A DNA stretch of 64,000 bases from NCBI GenBank assembly GCA_019186945.1, contig JABAQJ010000002.1, forward strand, positions 149,897 through 213,896. The letters are read 5' to 3'. Origin of the DNA: Gemmatimonadaceae bacterium (GTDB lineage Bacteria > Gemmatimonadota > Gemmatimonadetes > Gemmatimonadales > Gemmatimonadaceae). The notes under the pieces were generated by a model that worked only from the letters and a program-made list of their open reading frames with translations, searched no databases and was not told the DNA's origin. The translations under genes and the position numbers were made by a program. Positions 39,019-47,497 of this stretch are shown piece after piece (positions within the stretch are counted from its first letter, which is position 1; each line of letters begins with the position of its first letter).

Positions 39019-39242
39019 GGTCCCCACGAACGGCGGTCGATAATACTGCGAAAGTGGAATTGCGTCGAACTGGGGGACACTGGTGCGGATGCCACTCTCT
39101 CGATCTCCTCGATAAACCCGATCGTTTCGTCGATAAGCTGCTCGAAGCGACGTGCCGCCTTGTTCTTGACCGAGACGTAGGCCGCGAAAGTGAGGGCGAA
39201 ATCGGTAGGAGCGTTGAGCGATGCAGCCTTGCGCAACAACAC
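39015..39242 (-). CDS. small ORF (75 aa) overlapping the DarT-like gene start by ATGA; function unknown, possibly its partner/antitoxin or a truncated remnant
   Basis: The stop TGA (39015-39017) overlaps the ATG (39016-39018) of the downstream gene. No motif recognised. Confidence 0.3.
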   Translation of the reverse strand: MLLRKAASLNAPTDFALTFAAYVSVKNKAARRFEQLIDETIGFIEEIERVASAPVSPSSTQFHFRSIIDRRSWGP

Positions 39243-39293
39243 CCGCTCAAACTCGCCGACCAGCCTGAGGGTTCCCCCGTCCTTTCTCCACGG

Positions 39294-39701
39294 TTAGGCA
39301 GACTGTCGGACCCAGGGTGAGGGAGAAAACGTACGGGCGTACTCGCTCGGGGTTAAGGGAGAGCAGGCTTCGTGGGGCCGTTCCACGTTGTACGCGCGTC
39401 GCCAGCGCTCGATGTGAAAGCGGGCATCCTCCAACGATAGGAAGTAGTGCTGGTTCAGGCACTCGTCGCGAAAGCGCCCGTTGAACGACTCGATATGTGC
39501 GTTCTGGATCGGCTTGCCCGACTGAATGAAGGCGAGCGCGATGCCCCGATCCGCCGCCCAGGCATCGAAGGCGCGACTGCGAGACTCGCTGCCGTTGTCG
39601 AGGGAGAGTCGCACCGGCAGGCCGCTGGGATCGGCACCATCACCGAGAAGAAGCACTGACGGGTTTGTCCAGCGGCTGCTTTGTCGTCTTGTGTGAGTCA
39701 T
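39294..39701 (-). pseudogene. IS3-family transposase (OrfB, rve integrase core) C-terminal remnant
   Basis: LSLDNGSE...FDAWAADRGIALAFIQSGKPIQNAHIESFNGRFRDECLNQHYF...RWRRAYNVERPH is the conserved end of IS3 OrfB. The N-terminal ~200 aa and OrfA are missing. Confidence 0.7.
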
Positions 39702-39734
39702 GCGGACTTCAATCCGAAAATGCGAAGTGGAGAT

Positions 39735-40952
39735 TCACGGAATCGTGAGCGAACATGCAGAGCGAGTTGAGCCTATGAACTTCTCCAGCGACCATAGTTC
39801 CGGCCGAATGTCCTCATGGTAGTTCTCGTGAATCGGCTTGGGAACAACGAGAACGACCCCCGCGGCCTTCATCTGCGCGTACTGCTTAGGTGAGACTCCT
39901 TGCTGCAGCGTCAGCAAGTGCTTGGTCGGGAGCCGCTCTGCCTCGTCGATGACTTGGCGCCATCTGTCCTTGCACGTCGTTTTCACAGCAAGCATGCGTA
40001 GACGTTCTACCGGCCACTGTCCATCCTGATACGCACTCGCCGAGGGAAAGAGGAAATCCGGCCTCTTCCCATGTTCGGATTCCTCGCCGTGTGAATACGG
40101 AACGCCCTCTTCATCGAAGATGGCTCTCGCGTGCAACTCCAGCGAGGCGCCGTGCCGTGACTTGCGACGATTCAGTACCGTACTCGCCAGGTCCGTGAAC
40201 AGCTTGACTGAAGCAAACCCCTCTTTGATTCGAGGCAAGACGACGGCACTCTCAATAGAGTAGAAGATCCCGGTCTCGCAATCGTGACGTCGAATGAGTC
40301 GTTTGTCGGGAGGGTCCTCGCTGCTCGTCGGTAACCGATCGATCGCAAGCTTGACCACTGTTGCCACGTTTGGCCATGTGTAGAACCACTCGTTAGGGAT
40401 CTGCCCCGCCGTCAGCATGCACGAGGCATCACGCGGCCTCTCCTCGGCACGTTGATCCCTCGGCAGGTACACGCCAGCTCGAAAGGTTACGCCGCGACCA
40501 GGTTCCACCGGCCCGACGCGGCCGAGGATCGCCTCCTCCTCGTCCAGGTCACGGGCGATCCAAATGCGACAAAGCTCAGCATCACTGCCTTCGTGCCGAT
40601 AAAACGCGAACACAGTGAGAGCGCCGGTGTTGTCCGGATCAAGGAGCTTTGACTTGCTGCCGCCCCAGCCGGTGAAGTGGCACTCGTTTCGCGTCTTTCT
40701 GTTGTACCAGATCATCGCTGGCTTGCCCTGATCGTCGTGCGAGTCGATCAGCGCCGTGATCGTCGCGCGCGGATTCATCAGGTCCTCGCGTACGATCGAA
40801 GGAAAAACTTCGAACGCGAAAGCTTTCGGAATGTAGGGTCCTGCTTGATGTGCTTTGGTGAGGAGCGTGTCGTTGCCGGCGAGGTATTTCACGTACCACT
40901 GCCAACCGTCGTCGGACACGAGATCAATCCACTCGTCGAGCGTGTGACTCAT
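39735..40952 (-). CDS. EcoRII-family type IIE restriction endonuclease (CCWGG-specific family)
   Basis: The 405-aa protein is collinear with recalled R.EcoRII (404 aa): LAGNDT, LFPSI, GWGGSKSKLLDPDNTGALTVFAF, NRRKSRHGASLELH, and KRPDFLFPSASAYQDGQWPVERLRMLAVKTTCKDRWRQV, which is almost identical to the EcoRII catalytic region. Confidence 0.85.
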   Translation of the reverse strand: MSHTLDEWIDLVSDDGWQWYVKYLAGNDTLLTKAHQAGPYIPKAFAFEVFPSIVREDLMNPRATITALIDSHDDQGKPAMIWYNRKTRNECHFTGWGGSKSKLLDPDNTGALTVFAFYRHEGSDAELCRIWIARDLDEEEAILGRVGPVEPGRGVTFRAGVYLPRDQRAEERPRDASCMLTAGQIPNEWFYTWPNVATVVKLAIDRLPTSSEDPPDKRLIRRHDCETGIFYSIESAVVLPRIKEGFASVKLFTDLASTVLNRRKSRHGASLELHARAIFDEEGVPYSHGEESEHGKRPDFLFPSASAYQDGQWPVERLRMLAVKTTCKDRWRQVIDEAERLPTKHLLTLQQGVSPKQYAQMKAAGVVLVVPKPIHENYHEDIRPELWSLEKFIGSTRSACSLTIP

Positions 40953-41362
40953 GCTATCGCCCGGATGCGATCCGCCAGCCTTTCAAGCGCGCGTTCGTTC
41001 CCGACCTCACATTCCCAGATCGTGATCGGCTTCCACCCGAGACCGTGAAGCTGTTGATCGATTCGCCGATCACGTTTCGCGTTACCAGTGAGCTTCTCCA
41101 TCCAGAAGCTGCGATTCGAACTTGGCATATACGCGTATCTGCACCCCCGGTGTCGGTGCCAGAAGCATCCGTGCACGTGGACGACAGCGCGGTACTTCGG
41201 AAACACCAGATCGGGCTTTCCTGGCAGGTTCCTTCCGTGCAGCCGAAACCGTAGGCCACTTCGGTGAAGAAAACTGCGCACCACCAGTTCAGGCTTCGTG
41301 TTCTTGCCCCGGATCCCCGACATCATTCGACTGCGCGTCTTTCTGTCAACGATGTCAGCCAT
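40949..41362 (-). CDS. vsr: very-short-patch-repair endonuclease Vsr
   Basis: GIRGKNTKPELVVRSFLHRSGLRFRLH...PDLVFPKYRAVVHVHGCFWHRH...W are Vsr signature blocks. Its stop overlaps the restriction endonuclease start (ATGA). Confidence 0.85.
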   Translation of the reverse strand: MADIVDRKTRSRMMSGIRGKNTKPELVVRSFLHRSGLRFRLHGRNLPGKPDLVFPKYRAVVHVHGCFWHRHRGCRYAYMPSSNRSFWMEKLTGNAKRDRRIDQQLHGLGWKPITIWECEVGNERALERLADRIRAIA

Positions 41363-41375
41363 GGTGGCGTCCGAC

Positions 41376-42656
41376 TCAGGCTGTTCTCGCGACCAGAGGA
41401 AGCGTCAGCTGGTCGGCCGCAACGGGTTCTCCCAGAATGAAAGGCCGCATGGCCCTCGCAACGGCCTCAACGACTGGCACCACAACAGAATTCCCGAACT
41501 GGCGGTAGGCCTGCGTGTCCGAGACTGGAATCTGGAAGCCCGAGTGACCCGGCTTGTCGAAACCCATGAGACGAGCGCACTCGCGAGGCGTTAGGCGCCG
41601 CGGCGGTTGCCTGTGCCCGCGCTTCACCAGGATCTCTGAACCATCCTTGTGATACCGGGCGGACAATGTGCGGGCCACGTCCTCTGGCCCGAACAAGCCG
41701 AAGCCGAACCCGTTTCCGAGGCTGCGATGCTTGGCGGCATAGTCCCGGAGGTACTGCCACAGGTGATTCGTCAGCGTGTACTTCTGTGCGACCCGACCCT
41801 TGCCGTCGGTGTAGGGCGACTCCGGCAGTTCCGTGCCATCCTCAGGATGCAGGATGGACCTCAGCCGCGGTCCGACTGAGGCTTGTGGCATGTCCAGCGC
41901 GTCCCAGGAAAACCCAGTCTCGTCGCGGAAGCCAACGATGAAGATCCGCTCTCGATGCTGCGGCACGAAACCACGGGCATCGAGGACCTTCCAGGACACG
42001 TGGTACTTGAGTTCATCGGTAAGCACGGAACGGATCGTCCGAAACGTCCGGCCGCCATCGTGGCTCGCCAGGTTCTTGACGTTCTCGAGGAGGAACGCCT
42101 TCGGACGATGGTGTCGGAGAATCCGAGCGACTTCGTAGAAGAGCGTCCCCTGTGCGTCGCACGCAAAGCCGTGCGGTCGGCCAAGTGCGTTCTTCTTCGA
42201 AACGCCGGCCAAGGAGAACGGCTGGCACGGGAAGCCGGCCAGCAGGACATCATGCGCGGGAATTGTCTCCGATGCGATCGGTATGATGTCACCGGCAACC
42301 GGATGGTCGCTGGGGAAATTCGCCTTGTACGTCAGCTGCGCGTACTTGTCGCGCTCGGACGTGAACACACACTCGCCCCCGATCGACTCGAAGCCGCGCC
42401 GAAGGCCGCCAATGCCAGCGAACAGGTCAATGAACCGGAAACGGTTCCTAGCGCGATCGGTGCTCGGCAGGCGAGCAGAGGCCAGCAGCTCGAACGCCGC
42501 ACGTCTCGGTTTGGCAGCGCCCGTCTCCCATCGATGTATCGTCTTCGAGCTATACCCAACTCGTTCTGCCACTTCGCCTTGAGAGAGACCCATGCTCTCA
42601 CGAAGGGCTCGGAACTCATCGGAAGTAACGTCTCGGAGAGCGAATGATGGGGACAT
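41376..42656 (-). CDS. Dcm/M.EcoRII-type DNA (cytosine-5)-methyltransferase with an N-terminal XRE-type HTH domain
   Basis: C5-MTase motif [17 protein letters not shown], motif [10 protein letters not shown] and ENV are present. The N-terminal ~60 aa form an HTH ([23 protein letters not shown]), as in the autoregulatory N-termini of M.SsoII/M.EcoRII. The start was set at the internal ATG preceding the HTH. Confidence 0.85.
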   Translation of the reverse strand: MSPSFALRDVTSDEFRALRESMGLSQGEVAERVGYSSKTIHRWETGAAKPRRAAFELLASARLPSTDRARNRFRFIDLFAGIGGLRRGFESIGGECVFTSERDKYAQLTYKANFPSDHPVAGDIIPIASETIPAHDVLLAGFPCQPFSLAGVSKKNALGRPHGFACDAQGTLFYEVARILRHHRPKAFLLENVKNLASHDGGRTFRTIRSVLTDELKYHVSWKVLDARGFVPQHRERIFIVGFRDETGFSWDALDMPQASVGPRLRSILHPEDGTELPESPYTDGKGRVAQKYTLTNHLWQYLRDYAAKHRSLGNGFGFGLFGPEDVARTLSARYHKDGSEILVKRGHRQPPRRLTPRECARLMGFDKPGHSGFQIPVSDTQAYRQFGNSVVVPVVEAVARAMRPFILGEPVAADQLTLPLVARTA

Positions 42657-43071
42657 TTTGTGGACATTATGTCTGCTTGCAATAACGCACAAGGCCTTCC
42701 TGGACAGCCCGTCTCGTCGCCGCTGCACCAGAATGCACCGAAAATATACCGAAGGAGGCTGATAGGCAATCGTTTCAGGAGAGGCTGCGACGGCGAGGTG
42801 GCAACGTCGCCGGCTGCCTCGGATTCATTCGTGCCGGCTTCCGTTCGCGTTCCAGCGCTCGCCGAAGGGACCGCAGCTCCTTCCGCAACGTGCGCACTAC
42901 CTCGCCGACTGACTTTGACGTTTTCCTCTTCTTGCTCATGCACCCAGCGTATCACCGACGCGCCTAACGAGGAGACGTGGACGGTTGCCGATTTCGCCAA
43001 CGGCGCATTCCGAGCCTAACGACAACAGCCGGCTTCTTCATTGTCGTGCGTCCCTGCGAGAGACTGTGAAG

Positions 43072-43410
43072 ATGCGATTCGACGACGCGCACATCACGTA
43101 CTTTGGCCGCACAACGTTCCGGAACGCCGGAGTGCCCTTTGGCATTCGTCGGTGCGACCGACGGTATCACTTCTACGCGATCGGGAAGACGGGCATGGGC
43201 AAGTCGACGCTCCTCGCGACGATGCTGCATCAGGACGTGCTTGCTGGCGAGGGCTTCGCCTTGTTCGACCCGCACGGTAACCTCGCCGACCGGGTACTCC
43301 GATTCATCCCCAGCGCACGCCGCGCGGAGCTCATCCACCTGAACGTGCCCGACCCGGACCTAAAGTGGTCCTTCAACCCATTCGCGGGTGTTGCGGCGGA
43401 CTTTGCAAAA
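43072..43410 (+). pseudogene. N-terminal fragment (~110 aa) of a HerA/TraD/VirD4-class P-loop NTPase, truncated at the tRNA gene
   Basis: Walker A YHFYAIGKTGMGKSTLL, then DPHGNL and ...LNVPDPDLKWSFNPF typical of coupling-protein/HerA-like ATPases. The reading frame then runs straight into the tRNA-Pro sequence. Confidence 0.45.
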
Positions 43411-43484
43411 TCGGGACGGCGGGATTTGAACCCGCGACCCCCTGAACCCCATTCAGGTGCGCTACCGGACTGCGCTACGTCCCG
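43411..43484 (-). tRNA. tRNA-Pro: tRNA-Pro (anticodon GGG)
   Basis: The reverse complement CGGGACGTAGCGCAGTCCGGTAGCGCACCTGAATGGGGTTCAGGGGGTCGCGGGTTCAAATCCCGCCGTCCCGA folds as a cloverleaf. It has a 7-bp acceptor stem, a GCGC D-stem, the anticodon stem-loop CCUGA-AUGGGGU-UCAGG and a GCGGG-TTCAAAT-CCCGC T-arm. It is nearly identical to recalled E. coli proL. CCA is not encoded. Confidence 0.85.
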
Positions 43485-43618
43485 TGAAACCGGTCCCGCA
43501 ACTTCCCTCCGACAAAGTTCCGAAAAGCTCCCTGCGAGAGCCAAAACCTAATCCCGACGGCCATTCACGCGCTACAGCCCCTTGCGCATCGGATGCACGC
43601 CGCCGATGTTCACCGTCA

Positions 43619-43756
43619 ATGCTTCCGACAACCCGCGCCTTCTCGTTCTACTTTAGCAGCTTCCGCGAACCCGGGAGCTGTTGTCGCGCGCGCACCTGAA
43701 GCACTGACCGCGACGATCCCCAAGCTCCCGATGCCCTCGGGAGCTTTTTCGTTTCT
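43619..43756 (+). promoter_or_regulatory. candidate ribosome-mediated attenuator: 26-aa Phe/Tyr-rich leader peptide ORF (43619..43699) plus alternative antiterminator/terminator hairpins in the leader of the DAHP synthase operon
   Basis: The leader ORF ATG CTT CCG ACA ACC CGC GCC TTC TCG TTC TAC TTT AGC AGC TTC ... TGA encodes MLPTTRAFSFYFSSFREPGSCCRART. Segment CGGGAGCT (43672-43679) is complementary to AGCTCCCG (43723-43730), the 5' arm of the terminator. Confidence 0.5.
43724..43756 (+). terminator. intrinsic terminator hairpin GCTCCCGA-TGCCC-TCGGGAGC followed by TTTTTCGTTTCT, 30 nt upstream of the DAHP synthase start
   Basis: An 8-bp perfect stem with a 5-nt loop and an immediate U-tract on the plus strand. 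No U-tract follows on the minus strand. Confidence 0.6.
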
Positions 43757-43786
43757 ACCACTCCCTCGAACGCCTCCGCGCCCCGT

Positions 43787-44692
43787 ATGCCCGACATCCA
43801 GCCCGCCTCGAACGCCTCCTGCCCGCGTGCCACCAGCCGAGAGCGCAACACCGCCGTCCGCATCACGGACTGCCTGACGATCGGCGACGGCGACCTCACG
43901 GTGATCGCCGGACCCTGCGCCGTCGAAGGGCACGCGATGCTCCTCAGGACGGCCCGCGCTGTCCAGTCGGCAGGCGCCATCATGCTCCGCGGCGGCGTAT
44001 TCAAGCCGCGAACGTCGCCCTACTCGTTCCGCGGTCTGGGCGCCGAGGCACTGGAAATGCTCGCAGCAGCCCGCGCGGAAACAGGGCTGGCAATCGTCTG
44101 CGAAGTTATGGATGCCTCCCAGCTCCCTGCCCTCATCGACGTCGTCGATGTACTCCAGATCGGTGCGCGCAACATGCAGAATTACACGCTCCTCACGGCG
44201 GCCGGCGAATGCGGGGTGCCAGTACTGCTCAAGCGCGGCATGTCGGCCACGATCGGCGAGTTCCTCCTGGCGGCAGAGTACGTGCTCGCGCACGGCAACC
44301 CCAACGTGATCCTCTGCGAACGCGGCATCCGCACGTTCGAGACGGCCACTCGCAATACGCTCGACGTTGCGGCTGTACCAGTCCTCAAAAAGGAAACGTA
44401 CCTCCCGGTTCTCGTCGATCCCAGCCATGCCGGCGGCAGGGCCGACCTCGTTCTCCCGCTATCGCTGGCGGCGGTTGCGGCTGGGGCCGACGGACTGCTG
44501 ATCGAGGTCCACCCCGATCCGGCGACGGCGCTCTCGGACGGCCCGCAGTCGCTGACCTTCGATGCATTCGACGACCTGATGGCCCGCGTCAAACCGCTCG
44601 CCTACCTCTGCGGACGCCCCGTCGCAACCGCGACGCGTGGCCAGCGCCAGCGGCGACCGCGTCGCACGGGCGCCACCGCAATGCCGGCATGA
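43787..44692 (+). CDS. 3-deoxy-D-arabino-heptulosonate-7-phosphate (DAHP) synthase, class I-beta (KDO8PS-like)
   Basis: [27 protein letters not shown] and KRG...ILCERG are the class I-beta DAHPS motifs. Confidence 0.85.
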   Translation: MPDIQPASNASCPRATSRERNTAVRITDCLTIGDGDLTVIAGPCAVEGHAMLLRTARAVQSAGAIMLRGGVFKPRTSPYSFRGLGAEALEMLAAARAETGLAIVCEVMDASQLPALIDVVDVLQIGARNMQNYTLLTAAGECGVPVLLKRGMSATIGEFLLAAEYVLAHGNPNVILCERGIRTFETATRNTLDVAAVPVLKKETYLPVLVDPSHAGGRADLVLPLSLAAVAAGADGLLIEVHPDPATALSDGPQSLTFDAFDDLMARVKPLAYLCGRPVATATRGQRQRRPRRTGATAMPA

Positions 44693-45117
44693 CGATGACG
44701 GCCATGCCCTCCTCCTCACGACTGGCCGCCGCACGCCGACAGCCCGCGGCCACGCCACGCTTCTGCGCACTCCGCGGCGCCACGACTGTTGCCGCCGACG
44801 AAGGCCCGATGGTGGACGACGCAGTCCGTGAACTCCTCACGGCGCTCACCTGCGCGAACGGCCTTCGCCCGGACGACATCGTCAGCGCGATCTTCTCCGC
44901 CACGCCGGACATCCACAGCCTGTATCCGGCGGCAGTCGCACGCGCGCTGGGCTGGACCGACGTGCCGATGCTGTGCGTCACGGAAATGACGACCGAGGGC
45001 GCGCCCGCCCTCTGCATCCGAGTCATGTTGCACCTGACTCTTGCATCCGGACGAACGGTGCGCCCTATCTACCTTCGCGGCGCGCGCACCCTTCGCCCCG
45101 ACCTGGTGTCGCTATGA
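44689..45117 (+). CDS. aroH: AroH-class (monofunctional, B. subtilis-type) chorismate mutase
   Basis: ALRGATTVAADEGPMVDDAVRELLTALTCANGLRPDDIVSAIFSATPDIHSLYPAAVAR...CIRVMLHLTL...RPIYLRGARTLRPDL aligns block by block with recalled B. subtilis AroH (IRGIRGATTV...SATPDL...CIRVMM...LRPDL). Its ATG overlaps the upstream stop (ATGA), and its own stop overlaps the next ATG. Confidence 0.8.
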   Translation: MTMTAMPSSSRLAAARRQPAATPRFCALRGATTVAADEGPMVDDAVRELLTALTCANGLRPDDIVSAIFSATPDIHSLYPAAVARALGWTDVPMLCVTEMTTEGAPALCIRVMLHLTLASGRTVRPIYLRGARTLRPDLVSL

Positions 45118-46028
45118 CGGTAACCGCGGCCCGCGCTCGGTCCTCCGGCGTCGCCACGCGCATCGGCATCCAGGGCGAACCGGGATCGTTCAGCGAAGAA
45201 GCCGCCCACCGCGCGACCGCCGGCGCCATCGAACCGGTACCCTTTCGCGACTTCCTCGACGTGACCCGAGCCCTGGCAAGCAGGACGATCGATATCGCCG
45301 TGCTGCCGGTCGAGAACTCGCTCGCCGGAAGCGTGGTCGCCAGCTACGACGCGATACTCGCCGAGCCTGACGTCCATGCCATCGGCGAAGTGGTGATTCC
45401 GATCCGGCACTGCCTGCTCGGCGTCAAAGGTGCAACGCTCGACGATGTGGTATCGGTCGAAAGCCACCCGATGGCACTGGCGCAATGTCGCGAGTTTCTG
45501 CGCGCGCGCCCGCAGCTCGACGTTCGCGCCAGCTACGATACCGCCGGCTCGGCGCGCGACGTCGTCCGTCGCGGTGACGCAAGGCACGCGGCTATCGCCA
45601 GTGCACGCGCCGCGGAGCGCCATGGCCTCACTGTACTTGCCCGCAATGTCGAGGATCGCACGGACAACGCGACGCGGTTCCTCATCCTCTCCACCGCCGA
45701 CATGACGCCCGATCCATCGACGCGCGTCAGGACGATTGCGGTCTACACCACGGCAAACGTCCCGGGAGCGCTCCTGCGGACGTTGGAGCCCCTGCACGCG
45801 AGGCACATGAACATGGTCGCACTCCAGGCGCGGCCAGCCGGAACGCCATGGTCATATCGCTTCATCGTGGAGTTCGAGCATACCGGCGGCCTCGGCGCGG
45901 CATCCGACGCGCTGGAGGAAATGTCGGCACACACGGAGACGCTCCATCGCATCGGCACGTTCGCGCCCCAGTCGTTCCATACGTCGAGTCGAGTGTCGGA
46001 ACCGGCACTCACTGTCAATCAGGTATAG
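45114..46028 (+). CDS. pheA: prephenate dehydratase (PDT domain plus C-terminal ACT domain)
   Basis: RIGIQGEPGSFSEEAA starts the PDT domain, and the C-terminal 80 aa are ACT-like. The start was placed at the internal ATG (MTVTAARAR...), since the track ORF carries a spurious N-extension. Confidence 0.85.
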   Translation: MTVTAARARSSGVATRIGIQGEPGSFSEEAAHRATAGAIEPVPFRDFLDVTRALASRTIDIAVLPVENSLAGSVVASYDAILAEPDVHAIGEVVIPIRHCLLGVKGATLDDVVSVESHPMALAQCREFLRARPQLDVRASYDTAGSARDVVRRGDARHAAIASARAAERHGLTVLARNVEDRTDNATRFLILSTADMTPDPSTRVRTIAVYTTANVPGALLRTLEPLHARHMNMVALQARPAGTPWSYRFIVEFEHTGGLGAASDALEEMSAHTETLHRIGTFAPQSFHTSSRVSEPALTVNQV

Positions 46029-46142
46029 CGATCTCCAGCGTCCGATCCCAGTGCCGCCTGAGGCCCTTCGAAGGGGGTTCGGCAAGCGCCAGCAGCTGTT
46101 GCGCGGCGCCTGCGCGGATTACGCCGTGGTGCCCGGCGCGCT

Positions 46143-46493
46143 TCAGACGCGCTGCCGTTGCCCGCGCATCCGATCGACGAGCCAGACGACGAGGAACACC
46201 GGCAGTGCGATGAACAGGGCGAGCTTGAGTGCCGCCAGTCCCAGTCCAACGAGTGCGCCTAGCAAGCCGAAGACCACCCCGAGCACCACGCAGACCAACA
46301 CCACCACCACGAAGATCGGGAACCCGATCAGGAACAGGACGCCCAGGACGGGAAGCGCTACCACTCCGAGGACGGCGACGATCGGCAAACCGATCAACGC
46401 CAGGATTCCGGCCGCCGGCAGCAGAACGAACATCGCCAGCAGCGCGAAAAACAGGAACTTGATCAGCGACATGAGCGTCTCCGGGTTGGTCAC
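46143..46493 (-). CDS. small multi-pass hydrophobic membrane protein (hypothetical; possibly a LrgA/holin-like target of the upstream LytTR regulator)
   Basis: A 116-aa ORF made almost entirely of Leu/Val/Ala/Gly/Phe with 3-4 predicted helices. It lies downstream of the LytTR regulator on the same strand. Confidence 0.4.
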   Translation of the reverse strand: MTNPETLMSLIKFLFFALLAMFVLLPAAGILALIGLPIVAVLGVVALPVLGVLFLIGFPIFVVVVLVCVVLGVVFGLLGALVGLGLAALKLALFIALPVFLVVWLVDRMRGQRQRV

Positions 46494-46628
46494 GATCGAG
46501 CGAGCGATGCGCGGAAGGTAACTACGGACCCTCTGCCATGCGGTTTCGCCCGGGTCCGGAGGCCAGCCGACGCCACGCCGAGCGCCGGTGCATCGGACCG
46601 GCGCCCGGGGCAGGACGCGTTCGAATAG

Positions 46629-47471
46629 TTACGGCATCCGGTGCATCCGCTGCTGAAGAGCTTCGCGATACGTGCGCGAGAGCTTCAGCTGGCGTCCGTC
46701 ACGGAGGATGACGATGTAGTCGCCGGCAAACCACGGTTGCAGCTCACGAATACGGTCCAGGTTCACGATCACGGCTCGGTGAATGCGCGCGAACTCGTTG
46801 GGGTCGAGCTGTGCCTCGATCCCGTGCATCGTCTCGCGAATGAGGTGCGAGGCGCGTCCGACGTATACCCGTACGTAGTTGCCCGAGGCCTCGAACCAGT
46901 CGACATCGGAGACCTTCACGAAGAACACGCGTCCGTCGTGCTTCACCATCAGGCGATCGAGAAAGCGCACGCGCGCTGGCGTCGCTGCGGCCGCGACAGC
47001 GCCGGCGCCATTACCGCTGGAGTTCGCGGCCAGGACTGCACCAGCTTTCGCGCCACCCAGCACCTGCTCGAGGAGCGCCGTGATCTTGCGGCCGGCATCG
47101 GCGCTGCTCACCTGCTCCAGATGCGATCTGGCGCGGAGGAACGCGGCCCTGAACCGTTCGGGGTCGAACGGCTTGAGCAGGTAATCCATGGCATGGACAT
47201 CGAAGGCACGCACCGCGTATTCGTCGTACGCCGTGACGAACACGATCGCCGGAAGACGCTCATCGCCTAACGCGGCGACTACGCCGAACCCGTCCAGGTC
47301 CGGCATCTGCACGTCGAGGAACACCAGGTCGGGCCGATGTTCCCTGATCGCGGCCACCGCTTCGCTGCCGCTGGAGCATTCTCCCACCACCTCGACGTCT
47401 TCCTCCATGCGCAGCAGTCGACGCACACGACGACGCGCGATCGGCTCATCGTCTACGATCAACACTTTCAT
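46629..47471 (-). CDS. LytR/AlgR-family response regulator (REC plus LytTR DNA-binding domain)
   Basis: MKVLIVDDEP...D (receiver) and a C-terminal LytTR (FFVKVSDVDWFEASGNYVRVY...RIHRAVIVNL). A GGAGGAG Shine-Dalgarno precedes the ATG at 47471. The 698-aa track ORF is an artefactual upstream extension overlapping the kinase gene. Confidence 0.85.
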   Translation of the reverse strand: MKVLIVDDEPIARRRVRRLLRMEEDVEVVGECSSGSEAVAAIREHRPDLVFLDVQMPDLDGFGVVAALGDERLPAIVFVTAYDEYAVRAFDVHAMDYLLKPFDPERFRAAFLRARSHLEQVSSADAGRKITALLEQVLGGAKAGAVLAANSSGNGAGAVAAAATPARVRFLDRLMVKHDGRVFFVKVSDVDWFEASGNYVRVYVGRASHLIRETMHGIEAQLDPNEFARIHRAVIVNLDRIRELQPWFAGDYIVILRDGRQLKLSRTYREALQQRMHRMP

Positions 47472-47497
47472 GGTCACAGGCTCCTCCTGGAGAACGG

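Noticed and set aside
42332-43000. 222-aa minus-strand ORF spanning the methyltransferase 5' end and the upstream intergenic region
   Set aside because: It is out of frame with the methyltransferase and has a low-complexity Ala/Ser/Gly composition. It overlaps the divergent promoter region.
43485-43786. T-box riboswitch as the leader of the aro operon
   Set aside because: No AGGGUGGNACCGCG T-box sequence or specifier-loop architecture is present. A Phe-codon leader peptide with a terminator fits better.
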